A program made the position numbers and the translations under genes. A model generated the notes under the pieces. The model was not told the DNA's origin. It saw only the letters and a program-made list of their open reading frames with translations, and ran no database searches. Positions 1 to 12,185 of a DNA stretch of 64,000 bases are shown here, piece after piece. The DNA is from Takakia lepidozioides. Lineage: Eukaryota; Plantae; Bryophyta. Where the stretch lies: positions 66,278,001 through 66,342,000 of the forward strand of contig CM060732.1 of NCBI GenBank assembly GCA_030704615.1. The letters are read 5' to 3'. Numbering within the stretch: the stretch's first letter is position 1; the number at the start of each line of letters is the position of its first letter.

Positions 1-794
1 TCATTATTACAGTGCTTCTCAAGATGAGAAACCAACTGAGTTCTACAGTCCAGCAGACATTAAGCACCTGTGCTCATAGACATGTTTGTGGATATGCCCC
101 CGCAGAGGCATATTTTCTAACTCGAAAGGAGAACGAATGGTATCAGCAACCCACAGCACAGGGATCATCAACTGATGAGCTGGACAAGACTAGCTGAAAT
201 GAAGAAAAGAGTAGCTGAGGGAATCACCTGCTGCCTCGTGGATATGAGACTAAGACATGAATTCTCCTACGTATCTCGATGTAGAGGGTGGCAAGAAAGA
301 AGAGGGGAAGGTGGAGGGCTGGAGGGCTGGAGGAGAGTAGATCAGCACTATCAATGAAGGATAGAAACAGGAGCTGTAACAAGGCTTCCTGATGAAGGGC
401 AGAAATAATTTATGAAGCGACTAATGTGTTACAATACAATCAAGATTGTCTGAGTGAAGCTATAACCACCATTTGCTGATGGTGCCTCATCTCGCAATGG
501 GATCTTTCAACTGCCTTAGTCAGCTAATTGCTGTTGCCTATTCAATGCACATACTTATAGTTAGTAGGTTTCAGACATGGTCATCTCTCAAGGCTTCATA
601 GACCATGAGAAGAGCGCAAGAAGAGTAGAAGGGCTCAGACTAATTTGCAGCTAACCAGAGCTTTGCAACCACCATGCCCACTAACATACTCTTTTCTAGT
701 GGAGCTTGGGAGAAGTCTAAAGGTTTTGCCATGGGGCCACCGCCCAAACCTTGACAGCATCACCTTCCCACTTGTGATCTAAAGCCAAAGGCCT

Positions 795-942
795 CTTTCA
801 CAGTAACCTCGCCATGAAGCTGTCCAAATGGGACACTGCCCAAGGGAAGGGGGAGAAGAGGATACCACACCCATCAAGTAGTAGGATTTGACCCCAGGAT
901 TATCTGGGTGGCACTCAGTGCACTGAGCTACCAACTGTTGAT
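795..942 (-). mobile_element. tRNA-derived SINE-like repeat, degenerate copy 1
   Basis: Aligns with 9765-9920 (gggacac..cccagggaagggg..gaagag.ataccacacc..ctgggtggcactcagtgcact). The minus strand has a tRNA-like head. Confidence 0.55.
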
Positions 943-1380
943 TGAGATTCTATTACCGAAGTTCTTATGATTAAAAGAGTCCATGCACTTCAACTACTAT
1001 CCACAACACATTTGGAGCCTACTTCTTAACTTTACATCATTGAATGACTTTGATTGGATGGTTTGAGTTAAATATGCACTTGCTGACTATTAATCTTGGG
1101 AGGTTTGAGATAGTGACCTTTCCAATCTCAAAACTTTTTGCACCAAAATCCTCCCCTTATTTCACGTAACCGCCGCGTAATCAATGTGAATTTAATTTAG
1201 GGTGAATACACTTTCTTGGGCACGAGTCTATCGACAACTGAGGTAGCCATAGAAAAGATTCTTTCAATCTCTATCACAGTGCGGGGACATGTCCAACAAG
1301 AAAAGCAACAGTGGGGCCCTAGTTAAGATTACAGCAAAGGCCTTGGATTTGGTTTGGTTGCATGAACCCTAACTAGTAAG

Positions 1381-1965
1381 CCCCGGGAGTCCTTCCTGAT
1401 CTGGTATTGGACTGAGCACCTGGTATTAACCCTGATAACAACCCTGGTATTAGAGAACAGACCAGCCTGGTAGTTCATTGTTGATACTAGCTCAGTTCGT
1501 TTTGCCGCCGTTACTCCACTGGTATCGATGACGAATGAGCTTCAAATTCGAGTCAAATTCATCACGAAAACAACTAGTGAAGCATGCAAATGAGGCCAAA
1601 GTGGAATTACGAAGCTTCTCTAGGTGTATTACACAACACATTTTGGTATATAGGACACCAACCAAGAGATTCACATATCAGACACAAATCAGGTCAAAAG
1701 TCACCGCAGATTCCAAAATGAGCTCATAGTTGCCCATAGTGCACAAAATCTCCCTAAATCTCACAGCAGTAATCACACCTGTATTCATACCAGGGCATAA
1801 GTAATTCACAATGCCTTCATTATAGATACCAGACTGGTATGTAAATTCAAGCAATCCATTCCAGCAATCCTCCGGTACTTCATTCTGGCAGCCACCCATA
1901 TACCAGGATCAGCCTGTTATCACAAAATGCCAATACCAGACCAACACTGATCCTCACCCCCGGAC
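1381..1965. mobile_element. Possible degraded MITE with ctggtat/ataccag subterminal motifs
   Basis: The left end carries repeated ctggtatt and the right end the inverted ataccag. The ccgggg-like termini are only loosely matched and no clear TSD was seen. Confidence 0.25.
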
Positions 1966-3469
1966 AAAAGAATCTTGAACAGAATTAAAACTGAGAGTTT
2001 GAGAAGTGTAGATCAGTTGGGGGGGGGATTCGATGCCAGAGTAGATACCTGCCCAATACGAATCGTGTAAGGCCCCACATTTGTTGGCACGCGTGAAATG
2101 TCACATCGCAGTGACAAGCGCAGCACGCTTCCCAGGGTTCTTCCAAGGCTTTCGCGTGTGCAATCTGCAAAGCTCATCACCTCTGCTGTAATGGGGGCTC
2201 ACACATCTCTCTCAATTTCCTGCTGAACCAGCTCTCTGTTGCTTTCCGGCTTCTCTTTGCATGATATGCTTACAGGTAAGGTTGGACATCCTTTTGCAAT
2301 GACCTCATCGCTTGTGCTCGACTATGCTGATCTCTCGGTTCCCTCTAGTTTCGTTTTGTGGGCAGAGAAGTGGAAATCTCAAGCTTCATCTCACGCTTCG
2401 TAGATTCATTTCTCTACTTCACGGATCTATTATCTGTGGTGTTTTTTCACTTCAAGGATTCTCGTTTCATCTTGTGAGCAGAGGAGTGGAAAGCTTTGCA
2501 GTCTCATCGCTCTAAGCTCATTCATTGTCTGTGGTGTTAACGTTTTTCTTGGACCTAGATCAAACTGCTTCAGGAATCACCTGCAGCCGAAGAGCCGAAC
2601 GTATTGAACCACATATATAGACCAGATTACTGTGGTCCAATTACACCGACAGGTGCTCTCCAGAAATCTGCCCAACTTTGTTAGCTGTAGACGAGCTCCA
2701 ACCTCCACTGAATGTCGTTGCCGTAGTTTCACCTGTGTTTCACTTCCAGATGTACCACTTTGGTCTTGCTTACTTTCCTGGATCACGCCCACTGCATGTG
2801 GGAACAGCCACGTTATTGCTATTCACTAGGATCAGATGAGGTTTCCAGAAACTTGGGATGATTGAGCAAGAGAAGTCTCTAACAGAGCATTCATGTCGAA
2901 TTGTGCATTTTTTCTCTAGTGTTTGCAGGATTATAGGTTTACAGATAATACACGTGTATCTGTGTTGAGCATCCTTTCAGAGGTACATATCTACGCACAA
3001 GTGAACCTCTGGGATGTTCTAGTATTTGTGCAGAAGCGACCCAGATCTGGAAGTAGATCTCATGAGCCACAGGAGAGCCACAGAGCTAGGGGAGGGCATT
3101 CTTGTGATTTATGAATAACCGGGGTTCCCAGTAGATGCAGAGGAAACTTACATGTAATACAAGTCCTCTTGAAAGCTCTTATTAACGTACATCTGAACCA
3201 AGATTATGCTCAAGCTGCTGGATTGTGATTGTAGGTTTAGGTGTACCCATACACAGTTTCAGACATTTCCTGAAGGGGAAGGATTTACATCAGGGTGCGG
3301 CAAACATAGAACAAGTAAGGAGAGCTGTTTCCGGATGGACTCTAGTAACGTACCCTGTTGAAGTTTGGCCCTTGGATCTTAGAATGGACTCATGAAGCCT
3401 GAGATGTGTAAGACCTTTGAACATCGCCATTTTTATCATGTGTATTCTGGTGAAGTGCCTTCCTTCAGG

Positions 3470-5273
3470 TCAGACTCGTAGCCTCACCTGCAAAGTAGCC
3501 AGAGATTCCGACTTCCAGTGGGACATCGATGTTCCCGAGTTGCAACAATTTCCCAGTTGGGAAGTTTCTCAGAGACAAGATTCGCTCACCAGGCTGGATC
3601 CCACGGAGAGCTTAGTTTACTACAATCAAATGCCGAACGACTATATGGAGAATTCTGAAGTTCAGGGCGGAATGCAAAACCTACGCAATGAAAGTAAAGG
3701 CAAGGAGAAGGTCATGGAGTCAGAGGAATCAGAGGAAGATACACATTTTCTTACAACTAACCATGTTGCCACTGAGGTGGATCATTTTGAGGATGGACTA
3801 GGAAGAGCGCTGACCTTTATGGACTTAATTAATGGACAGAGAGACTCCTTCAGATCAGAAGAGATTCGAGGAGGTAGAGCTCACTACTACAATCCCCTAT
3901 GCGGTTTAAGTACTGGAGTGAAAAAAGTACTCTAACGTGTATTGTCTTGTTTTATGCGTGCAGATCTAGTAGTGCTCAGGTCACCACTCCAGTCTAATTG
4001 CTACTGAACTGGATTTTTCTCAGGCTCGAATGATTGCGGAGCTGCAGCAGTTTTTCGGCTTATCGGACACAGAGAATGAAAATCTGCAGAGATCGGACTG
4101 CCAGGTTATACGTACCACCACTAGAAATGTTTTTCCATCCAGCTTGAGATGGTCATATCCTCTTTACAATAGTACCCTCTAGATACGAAAGTGTGATAGC
4201 TGATACTGGCCAACGCTATCTTCAACTCGCTCTTCAACGTTGTAGAATTTTCTCCTGTTTTCCTGACCTTTCAGAAACCACCTCATTGCCCAGGCTACAT
4301 GTTGAGGTACTACATTTGGTGTACATTGATCAGACATGGATCATGCAATTTAAATTGGGTGATCAATCATGCAGACTGACTGGGACAATGAGCAAAGGCA
4401 AAAAACAGACTGGGGAAGTGCTAAACAGAAAGCAAAGATTGTTGCACACCCTCTATATCCAGACCTGATGGCCCATGTGGCTTGTCAACGGGTTGTGACA
4501 CCTATGGATCAGACCCCATACCTTGACGAGCAGTTGGCGCAGGCTCAATCTGAAACAACCAAGAAGTATTGTGTTCTGTACCCTGATGAGCTTGATATCA
4601 GCCCAGAAGAGAAGGTGGAGCTTGATCAATTCATGGTAAGTCTTGAACCCCTAATAGATAGAAGATGGGATTCCGGTACCTAGATCAGTCACCAAGGTTC
4701 CATTTATAAATGAAAGAGTAGGCTTTAGAGTCAGTCACCTACTGGAAAGCTTGAGCAACAGTGTTCTTTCCTTCAAAACTACAAAGTCATATATAGCTGG
4801 CATGAACTATATGATAGAGCCCACGTGTACCTCAAAGGGGAATTACCCCCTCCAAGAGGACCAGGCTTGATATTATTTAGGCCAACTTCGCGGTCAGGGT
4901 CATCTTTTCTCGTGTGTACATGGCATAATATGGCTGAGATTCAGTTCTCTGTACATCTATTCCAGGTGTACAGAGCATCTGACTATGTTCTTGGCCGAGC
5001 TACTATCTAGATGGACAACTTCATTTCAGATTCATGCTTGTTAGCATATATTGACGAGACATTGACATCTGTCTTTATGCTGCAAATGGCACTGCTCCTA
5101 GATGGGTTGATAATTTATGAAGCACTTGTCGTTTGGATTTTGGATTTTTCAGGTCCACCATATTATGCTAATCACTGCCTACAAGGATCAGCTGCAGCAA
5201 CGTCTTAACAGGGCTGTGAGTGAAGCTATGATGTTCTGCTGGAACACAGAGCAGGAACTCTACAAACTGACAG
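3470..5273 (+). CDS. Class II KNOX-like protein, MEINOX (KNOX1+KNOX2) exons only; predicted exons ~3470-3926, 4024-4104, 4375-4635, 5153-5273; 3' end not found
   Basis: [34 protein letters not shown] and ELDQFM|[34 protein letters not shown] match the class II KNOX (KNAT3/4/5-type) MEINOX consensus. GT/AG sites are phase-compatible. The start and the upstream exons are less certain. Confidence 0.75.
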
Positions 5274-5639
5274 GTAAGGAGAACTTGGGCTTGCATGTGT
5301 TTGTTAGTACGTACTGCAAAATAGGGTAGCCGCGGATTGGAGACACCTGATCCAGGAAATTGAGCTCAAGCCATTGTACTTCCTTTAGCCTAGCCAGAGG
5401 ATGTTAAAGAGTCTAACCGAGCTACGTTCCTAGGGCCTGGGGTATAGTTGTACAGAGGTAACTAATTCGGAAGGGCACTATGAACAGGGCACTATAAACG
5501 TCCAGTTATCTGCAAGTTAAATTATACTGGGCTGCTAGCTATTATTACAAAGTTCTGTCCTTGGAAATTTACTTACCCTTGGAAATTAACAATGCGTGGA
5601 CTCTCAGGAGCATCCCCGGTTTATGGCAAAGGAGCAGCT

Positions 5640-5910
5640 ACTCTCTCAAGCTCGGCCTTCTCTTCTGGGCTGATTTCAAGCTGATCAAGGTCCAAAACGA
5701 ATATTTCTTGCTCACAATCGGAGCCTGCGTCAGCTGCTCATCAAGATCTGGGATTTGAGCCATAGGTGTACCAACACGAAGGCAAGCAGCGTGGGCCGCC
5801 AGTAATTCTGGATATAAAGGGTAATGTGACACAATCATTGCTGTCTGTTTTGCACTTACCCTTTCTGCGTTTTGCTTTTGTACATTGTCCCAGTAAGTTT
5901 GCATAATCAC
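5640..5910 (-). pseudogene. Inverted paralogous class II KNOX1-domain exon fragment
   Basis: HYPLYPELLAAHAACLRVGTPMAQIPDLDEQLTQA, then after a frameshift LDQLEISPEEKAELE. Colinear with exon 4375-4635 but diverged. Confidence 0.75.
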
Positions 5911-8900
5911 TCAACCGAAGGCGCCTTCAGGAATATCTGTGTACCATATAATACTCTCCCACCCTCAGGTACCTATCCTCAACAATTTGTCGCAAGTGGG
6001 TCTTTCCTCGGGTCCTTAGAGGTCCTTCGCGCTCTAGTAGCTGCTAGTACTGGCGTAACTCCATCCTTCCTTACTGATGCAAAGTACCCGCTGATCCATG
6101 GACTAGAATCTCCAATGTTCCTCCCGCAGCAGTTCCCTCATGAAAAAGCTTTTGCATCACTGTTAATGCAGATCAAGGGACACTAGCCCATCCCCAGCCC
6201 CTCCTCAACCCCCGCAGGCCAGACCTTAGTGAACCTCAGTCATCAACATAATCTTGAACAAACTAACAAATCGAGAGAGAGGAGGAGTGACTACACTACA
6301 CTTGTGCTTTGCTTCTCTTTCGCTCTCTCTCACCCATCCCTGCGCCTGCTGCCCCCTCGTCTTCTCGCCCACCGATTTGCCCGCGGACTTAAATGGACTG
6401 CTTTCAATCTGACGGTACTTTCGCCGGATTCCGGCAGCTGGCTCCTCCGGCGGGGACCCTGTCAAATCCTCCCCACCCTGAAATGCTACTTTTTTCTTTT
6501 CTTAACTTAACAGAGCCATTCTTCTTACAGAATATTGTTCAATGCTTGTTAAATGTATGGTCATGTATATTTTATTTGATCCCTAAAGATCCAGACTGTC
6601 CTTCTTTGTAACATCTCTGACGTGGTTCCCTGGGTGTCTTGTCAGCTTTGGAGTTGCCTCAGAGCCTCAAGTTTGTGGCACATCTGCAAGTCGAGATGTG
6701 CCTGGCTGTATGATGGTGAATCCCAAGCTTGTGTATTTGCCACTCTTGCTCGCATTTACGTTGAACTAATTATTCAAGGCCGGAAAATGTGGGAAATGTT
6801 GGTCTTAGCAGTACGCAGCACAGATGTTTTGAAGCTTTGATGGAACTTGGGCCCTTCGAGGCATCTTCTGCACCAGGGCTGGAGATAGTCCCTGCTGGGC
6901 CAATAGACCACCTGATGGCTGGAGGCTCACCTAGCCCGTGGCCCTCCCCGGCAAGCAGGGACAATTTGGAAGAAATCAACTGGAAGCACAAAACCGTGGC
7001 TCTAAAGTCAAGGCTCAACTTCGAGCCGCTTCGTAGAAAGCGTTAGTTAGTTCAATGCCTCTCTCGGACAGTCAGGCTGGTTGGCTTGTTGGTACTTTAG
7101 ATGCAGTTCTTGAACCTTCGGCTTGATCTGTCTCGCTTTAGGCTTAGCTTGGCTGCAGACGCTTTCTTCTGCTGGCTGGGCCCAAGCATGCTCTGTATGG
7201 TAGCATAAGTGATTCAGAACTTCTGTTTATCTTTCTGCTGCTGGAAGATGTTCTTTCTAGTTCAGGCAAACCTTGTGGTCTGACTGAAGTTTACTCATTT
7301 GAGGCAGATTTTCTTAGCTTGCTGTCATCCAAGAGAGTGAATCTCTGTACCTTCTTTGTACCTTCCCAAAGACGTACCGAGGGGAGCTTGTCTGAGCCAG
7401 CCTGCCCTTGCCCTTAGACATGACCGGCTGGCTTCTATATGAAGAAACCATTTATAGCCATGTCCCGCAAGGAAAAAATGATTGTACATTATGCAAGTCC
7501 GTTGGGCGACAAAAATCTTTGTTTCCTCATAAGTTCGGGCCGGTGTGCTTTTAATGTGTTTTCATATTGAGGAGTCCGGCCCCTAGGTCATATCCTCAGT
7601 GACATAACTGCCCAACGCTAGTTAGCACCACAAGTCCTTTGGTTGGTATCCTTGAAGAATATGAGCATGTCTATGCAGCTTGTCTAATTTTTTGTACTTG
7701 GCCTTTTTTCCAAAGGTTCTTGCTACATGTAAGTGTGCCATCCTTATCACTGGATAATGTTGTAGCCAGATTTGAACCCAGGTTTCATGGGCAATGAATT
7801 GCCTGCAATTTAAACTCGTTCCATAAGGGTAGGATAGGTTAGAGTATTTTAGTGGTGGCATCCAAATCAAGCAACCCATCCATTGGAGTGGAAAAAAAAT
7901 CATTTCCCTACCTTTCGGTGGACGAATATTTGTGGTGTCTTATCATAAAGCATTGTTGCAAGGCTCACACACCAAACATTGGTAGATAGTGTGGTTGAGG
8001 GTTCGTCCTCATCCTAAGTCAACCGGTCTGTTAGTTGGTGCATGATGTTAACAAGAACGATTGGGATGGTCTCCCTGGCCCCTCATGTTTTGAAGGGCCC
8101 ATTCTGCAGTTTGTTTTTGGGGCCTACCGGAGTGTCATGGAATCTGGGTCCCGCCGTGTGAATAAATAAGTGCCTAAGCTGATACTTGGGTTACTTCCGA
8201 ATTGTGGAGTTCTTGGTAGCCCAAAAGTTATAGGTTTATTTTGAATGAGGAAATAGTTTTGGATACACATAAATTCAAACAAGAAATATATATATATATA
8301 TAGCCAAGAAAGGGGACAGATGTCCTTTTAATCAAATTAATGAAAAAAGTAATCACATCGGCGGAAAAAATAACCATCGTAGAGGCCATGAAGGCTTGTG
8401 GGGGAAACTTCTAGCTAACCAGCTAATGAAGCGAAAAGAGAGAGAGCAGAGTGCACAGGGGGGAGTTGTGATTGCTAAGGAGATGCTATGTCTGAAGTGC
8501 GATAGATTTGCTAAGTAAGATACGAGACATGCAGCCTATATATATATCTAAATGTGCAATGGTACTCCGAAGGAGATCTGAGCTACAAGAGAGTTAAGCT
8601 TCAGGAGGCATTAAGCTATAGAGGGAGCGGTAATTAATGATGATGAAGTAGGGAGCTCGATGGCTTAATTGAAGTGCTCAGGAGCTGGAGAGGAAGCAGA
8701 GTAGAGACGGTCGACTGGAGGTCCATGTTTCAAAATCTCAGCTGAGTTCTAAACTTTGGGTCTCGAGCTTTCTTGTGACGCCAATTTTAGTATGCCTCAT
8801 CCCCCTCACCAGAGGACTTCCCATTGAGGGGGGCTGGAGATTTGCCAGGTAAAACGCATGTTGGGAAGACTGAAGCCAAGCAGGTTGCCTTTGCCACATG

Positions 8901-8993
8901 AGTGTTGGAAATGTTGAAACAGCTTCCTCCCTCGTTGTTCTGTAGTTCTGGGATTAACTGCACAGACATTAACCCACATTTTCCTCCCCTAAG

Positions 8994-9660
8994 TTAACAT
9001 ATCATGATATGTATGAAACAAGACTGATCTGCCATTGGGGGGTTTCCCCTCATAAACCCAGGCACATCTTGTTTTCCACAGACTCCACAAAGTATGGGCG
9101 CTAAGAGATGCCCATACTGGGCAGACATTCTGGGATTGACCAGGCAGAAAGTTGAGAAGCAACAGAGACGGAGAGGGTGGAGATGGAAAGGAACCCCAAT
9201 GAAATAGAAACCAAGGACCACCCGCCAGATCCTACTTGACAGATTGCAGAACAACAAACAATGTTCAATGGACTTTGGTTCTGCAAGACAAAGAGTGCAG
9301 GAAGGTTGGTCTTCATGTGTCACTTGTCTAACAGGGAGTATTCGGTATGTCAGTTTCGAGAGAAAGCCAGACATTTTTGCTGCTCAGTCTTTCCAGATTT
9401 TATCCCAGATGCCTTGAGTGAAGTGTCTGTTGCCCCATTTTGTGGACCATTTTGGTGTAAAGGAACGAGGCGAGTTGATGAGAGAGTAACCCAATTTCAC
9501 CGAGTAGGCAAAGAAAGGGTATCCATCCAAATCCACTCCCTTGGGTCAAACTGCAAATCTGCGAGCGGGCAAGTGAGAAACCAGGTAAAAGATTGGTGGT
9601 TTGCCATTGGGTTTTCTTGTCCAAGCGTCCAACACATCTTGAAAAGTAAGATTGTCTTCA
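8994..9660 (-). mobile_element. L1-type LINE ORF2 C-terminal fragment (zf-RVT), degenerate
   Basis: Cys/His knuckle CTLCLAEPKSIEHCLLFCNLSSRIW, typical of the plant L1 ORF2 C-terminus; frameshifted. Confidence 0.6.
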
Positions 9661-9764
9661 CTGTCTGGCTAGAAGCTCATCCCTGATGCCACCATTTGGA
9701 GAGTTGATAGAACTAAGATGACTGACATCTGGTTGCGGTTGAGGCCATCCAGGCATGGGATTTT

Positions 9765-9920
9765 TTTTCACAGTACCCGCGCCATGGAGGCGAATAAGTG
9801 GGACACCGCCCAGGGAAGGGGAAGAAGAGAATACCACACCAGTTAGATAGCAAGCTTTGACCCCATAATCATCTGGGTGGCACTCAGTGCACTTAACCAA
9901 CTGAGCTACTGATTGTTGGT
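9765..9920 (-). mobile_element. tRNA-derived SINE-like repeat, copy 2
   Basis: Minus strand has an A-box-like tagctcagttggttaag and a B-box-like ggggtcaaagc. Homologous to 795-942. Confidence 0.6.
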
Positions 9921-10131
9921 TTCTTTTTGAAAGAGGGGACAGATGCCTTGAAGAACCTTTGGATTTTAAAGATGTCTGAATCTAATGCTATAGAACTGGC
10001 TGGTATTAAAATTAAGAAAGTATCTCAATATCAAGGCCCGGTAGGTATTAGTAGAAAAAGAAATACCCGCCCACGCTGACATATACACGAGTTCTTTGGA
10101 AGACACAACTTTGCCAACATGTGATACATTA

Positions 10132-10540
10132 CAGTCGACCCTGGATAATTGTTATGCCTATAGAGCAGAAAAATTATAACATTTATGTAGATATATCAGA
10201 TAACGGAAATACAGGTAAAAAAAAACAATAAAACAGGTAAGAAAAAACAAAAATAACAGTTGGACAGCCTTCACTGTATATAGCATTTCTTCAATCCAAC
10301 AGAATACAATACTTATTCATTAGAGGGTTGAAAATACACATGGATGAATGATAAGAGGACAAACTATATTAAGGCTATGCATAAGATCTAGCAACTATGG
10401 AGGTGTGCTAACAAAGAGGAGAGCCATATAAAATAACCCTCTCATGCCATTTTCAAGTGTAAATTTTTACAGAGCAAAGATTTCATAACATTAGGAGGAC
10501 ATAACAAAAAAGCAGGTAACATTTATCCAGGGTCGACCTT
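10132..10540. mobile_element. MITE, Tc1/mariner-like (TIR CAGTCGACCCTGGATAA, TA flanks)
   Basis: cagtcgaccctggataa at 10132 and the inverted ttatccagggtcgac at ~10522-10536, with TA flanks. A related end lies at 59767. Confidence 0.7.
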
Positions 10541-12185
10541 ATAGAGCCACTGGATAAATGATGATGCCATCTCCCAACCACCTAACCTCATTGGACAGGG
10601 GGTACATGTGCAAGTTTGTCTTTTTTAAAAGAAAGCGGAAAAAGGGGAAAGCAAAAATTAACCTTGCAAGGTCATGAGGCATACAGAAAGGGTACTTTGC
10701 AAATGGGCATCACAATCCTTTGGTGAACAAATGTACATTCTATTTGGGCAGTGCTCTTGTTTGCAGTCAGTGTTCATGTCCTGCAACTTGTGTCCTGTGC
10801 CTTTCCATGAAGTGAGGTAGAGTGACAGTGAGTCTCGGTCAAATGACATTTACATCATAGCTCCAATATCAGCTTGGCTGACACTTGCGTGAGGACAAGG
10901 TCCCGCAAATTTTTATTGTGTTGTGTAAGAGCCAATTCAACAAGTCAAGATTACGTTGTACCAGCAAGGTCTAATATATACTACATTATAGAAAAGGACA
11001 TCCATAGCAGCTGAGAAGGTCAGACACAATGGCAACCCAACAGACTTGCATTCTCGACACAAAGCAATGCTCAATTTGGCCACATCTACAAGGAAGGAGG
11101 TGGCACAGACCTTAACCATCTCCAGAAAGGCCAGTATAAGGCTCCAAAAGTTCTCTGCATTTTGAACCTGAAACTGTGCATTCTGGAGCCCAACCAAGCT
11201 TTCATTGAACTGGGCAGTTCAAGCATTAAAGTTCCAATGAGCCCAAAAAAGTAAATCAAGAACCAACCATGACAGTGCTCCAACTTCACGCGACTGAAGA
11301 GTCAACATCAACTACTCATTGACTATGACTAAAGTCATTGCTTCGGAAACATATTCAAAGTTCAACTATCAACAAATCCACATCAGGCAACCATGTGTCC
11401 AAAGTAGCAAGACAGACTTACTCCTGTATAAGCAACACATAAGTGGGAGTCCTGACTTCATAACCTATTGTATATTGGAATACATGGGCACCGAATAGCT
11501 TCCAGCTTTTAGCAACTTAGCAACTCCTGAGAGTGAAGACATCAACCAGCATGCAGAAGGATTCATCTTGTCACTTATATAGATCTTACATCTTAATTAG
11601 AACCTGTCACAAAGCTTCATTTCTTAACAACAGACTGGACTTAAATTCAGGAATTCACTTGTAGTGAACACAAATCAACACAAATGAAAACCCAGTGTGC
11701 AAAATTTGCTCCCATTCCATTGAGACATTACCATCCTTGGCTAATCAAAGAAACACCTACAGAATGGAGTGGCGACGAGGAGAATATATGTGGAGCATTT
11801 TACCTGCTACAACTAAACTTCTAAAACTACTTAATGCCCTGAATGGGAAAATATAAGAAACAACCAATACGTAGGTGATAGTTGGCATAATAAGCCTGAT
11901 CTAACTCATACACCTTGCGAATAAGAAAAGAAAGTACTCTTTCCGTTAACTGCAACCGTTGGCTTGCCATAGCCGTACTGTCATTTACCCCGCACCCTCC
12001 TGAACCTTTCGTGGGGTTCGCCCCACCAGGGTTTAGTTTATCCCCAAGCTCAGCTGCAGGTATAATCTTATTTTCCCACAACTGCCACTAAGACGCTCAC
12101 AGAGGCACTTGTCCACACGCAAACTCAACAGCCCAGTTGCAGGGTTGTTGATTTTAGTTTTAGCCTGCGTTTACCATAGAAAAGA

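Noticed and set aside
8305-9950. ggggacagatg motif at ~8312 and ~9934 as a possible TSD
   Set aside because: The match is imperfect and the enclosed element boundaries are undefined.
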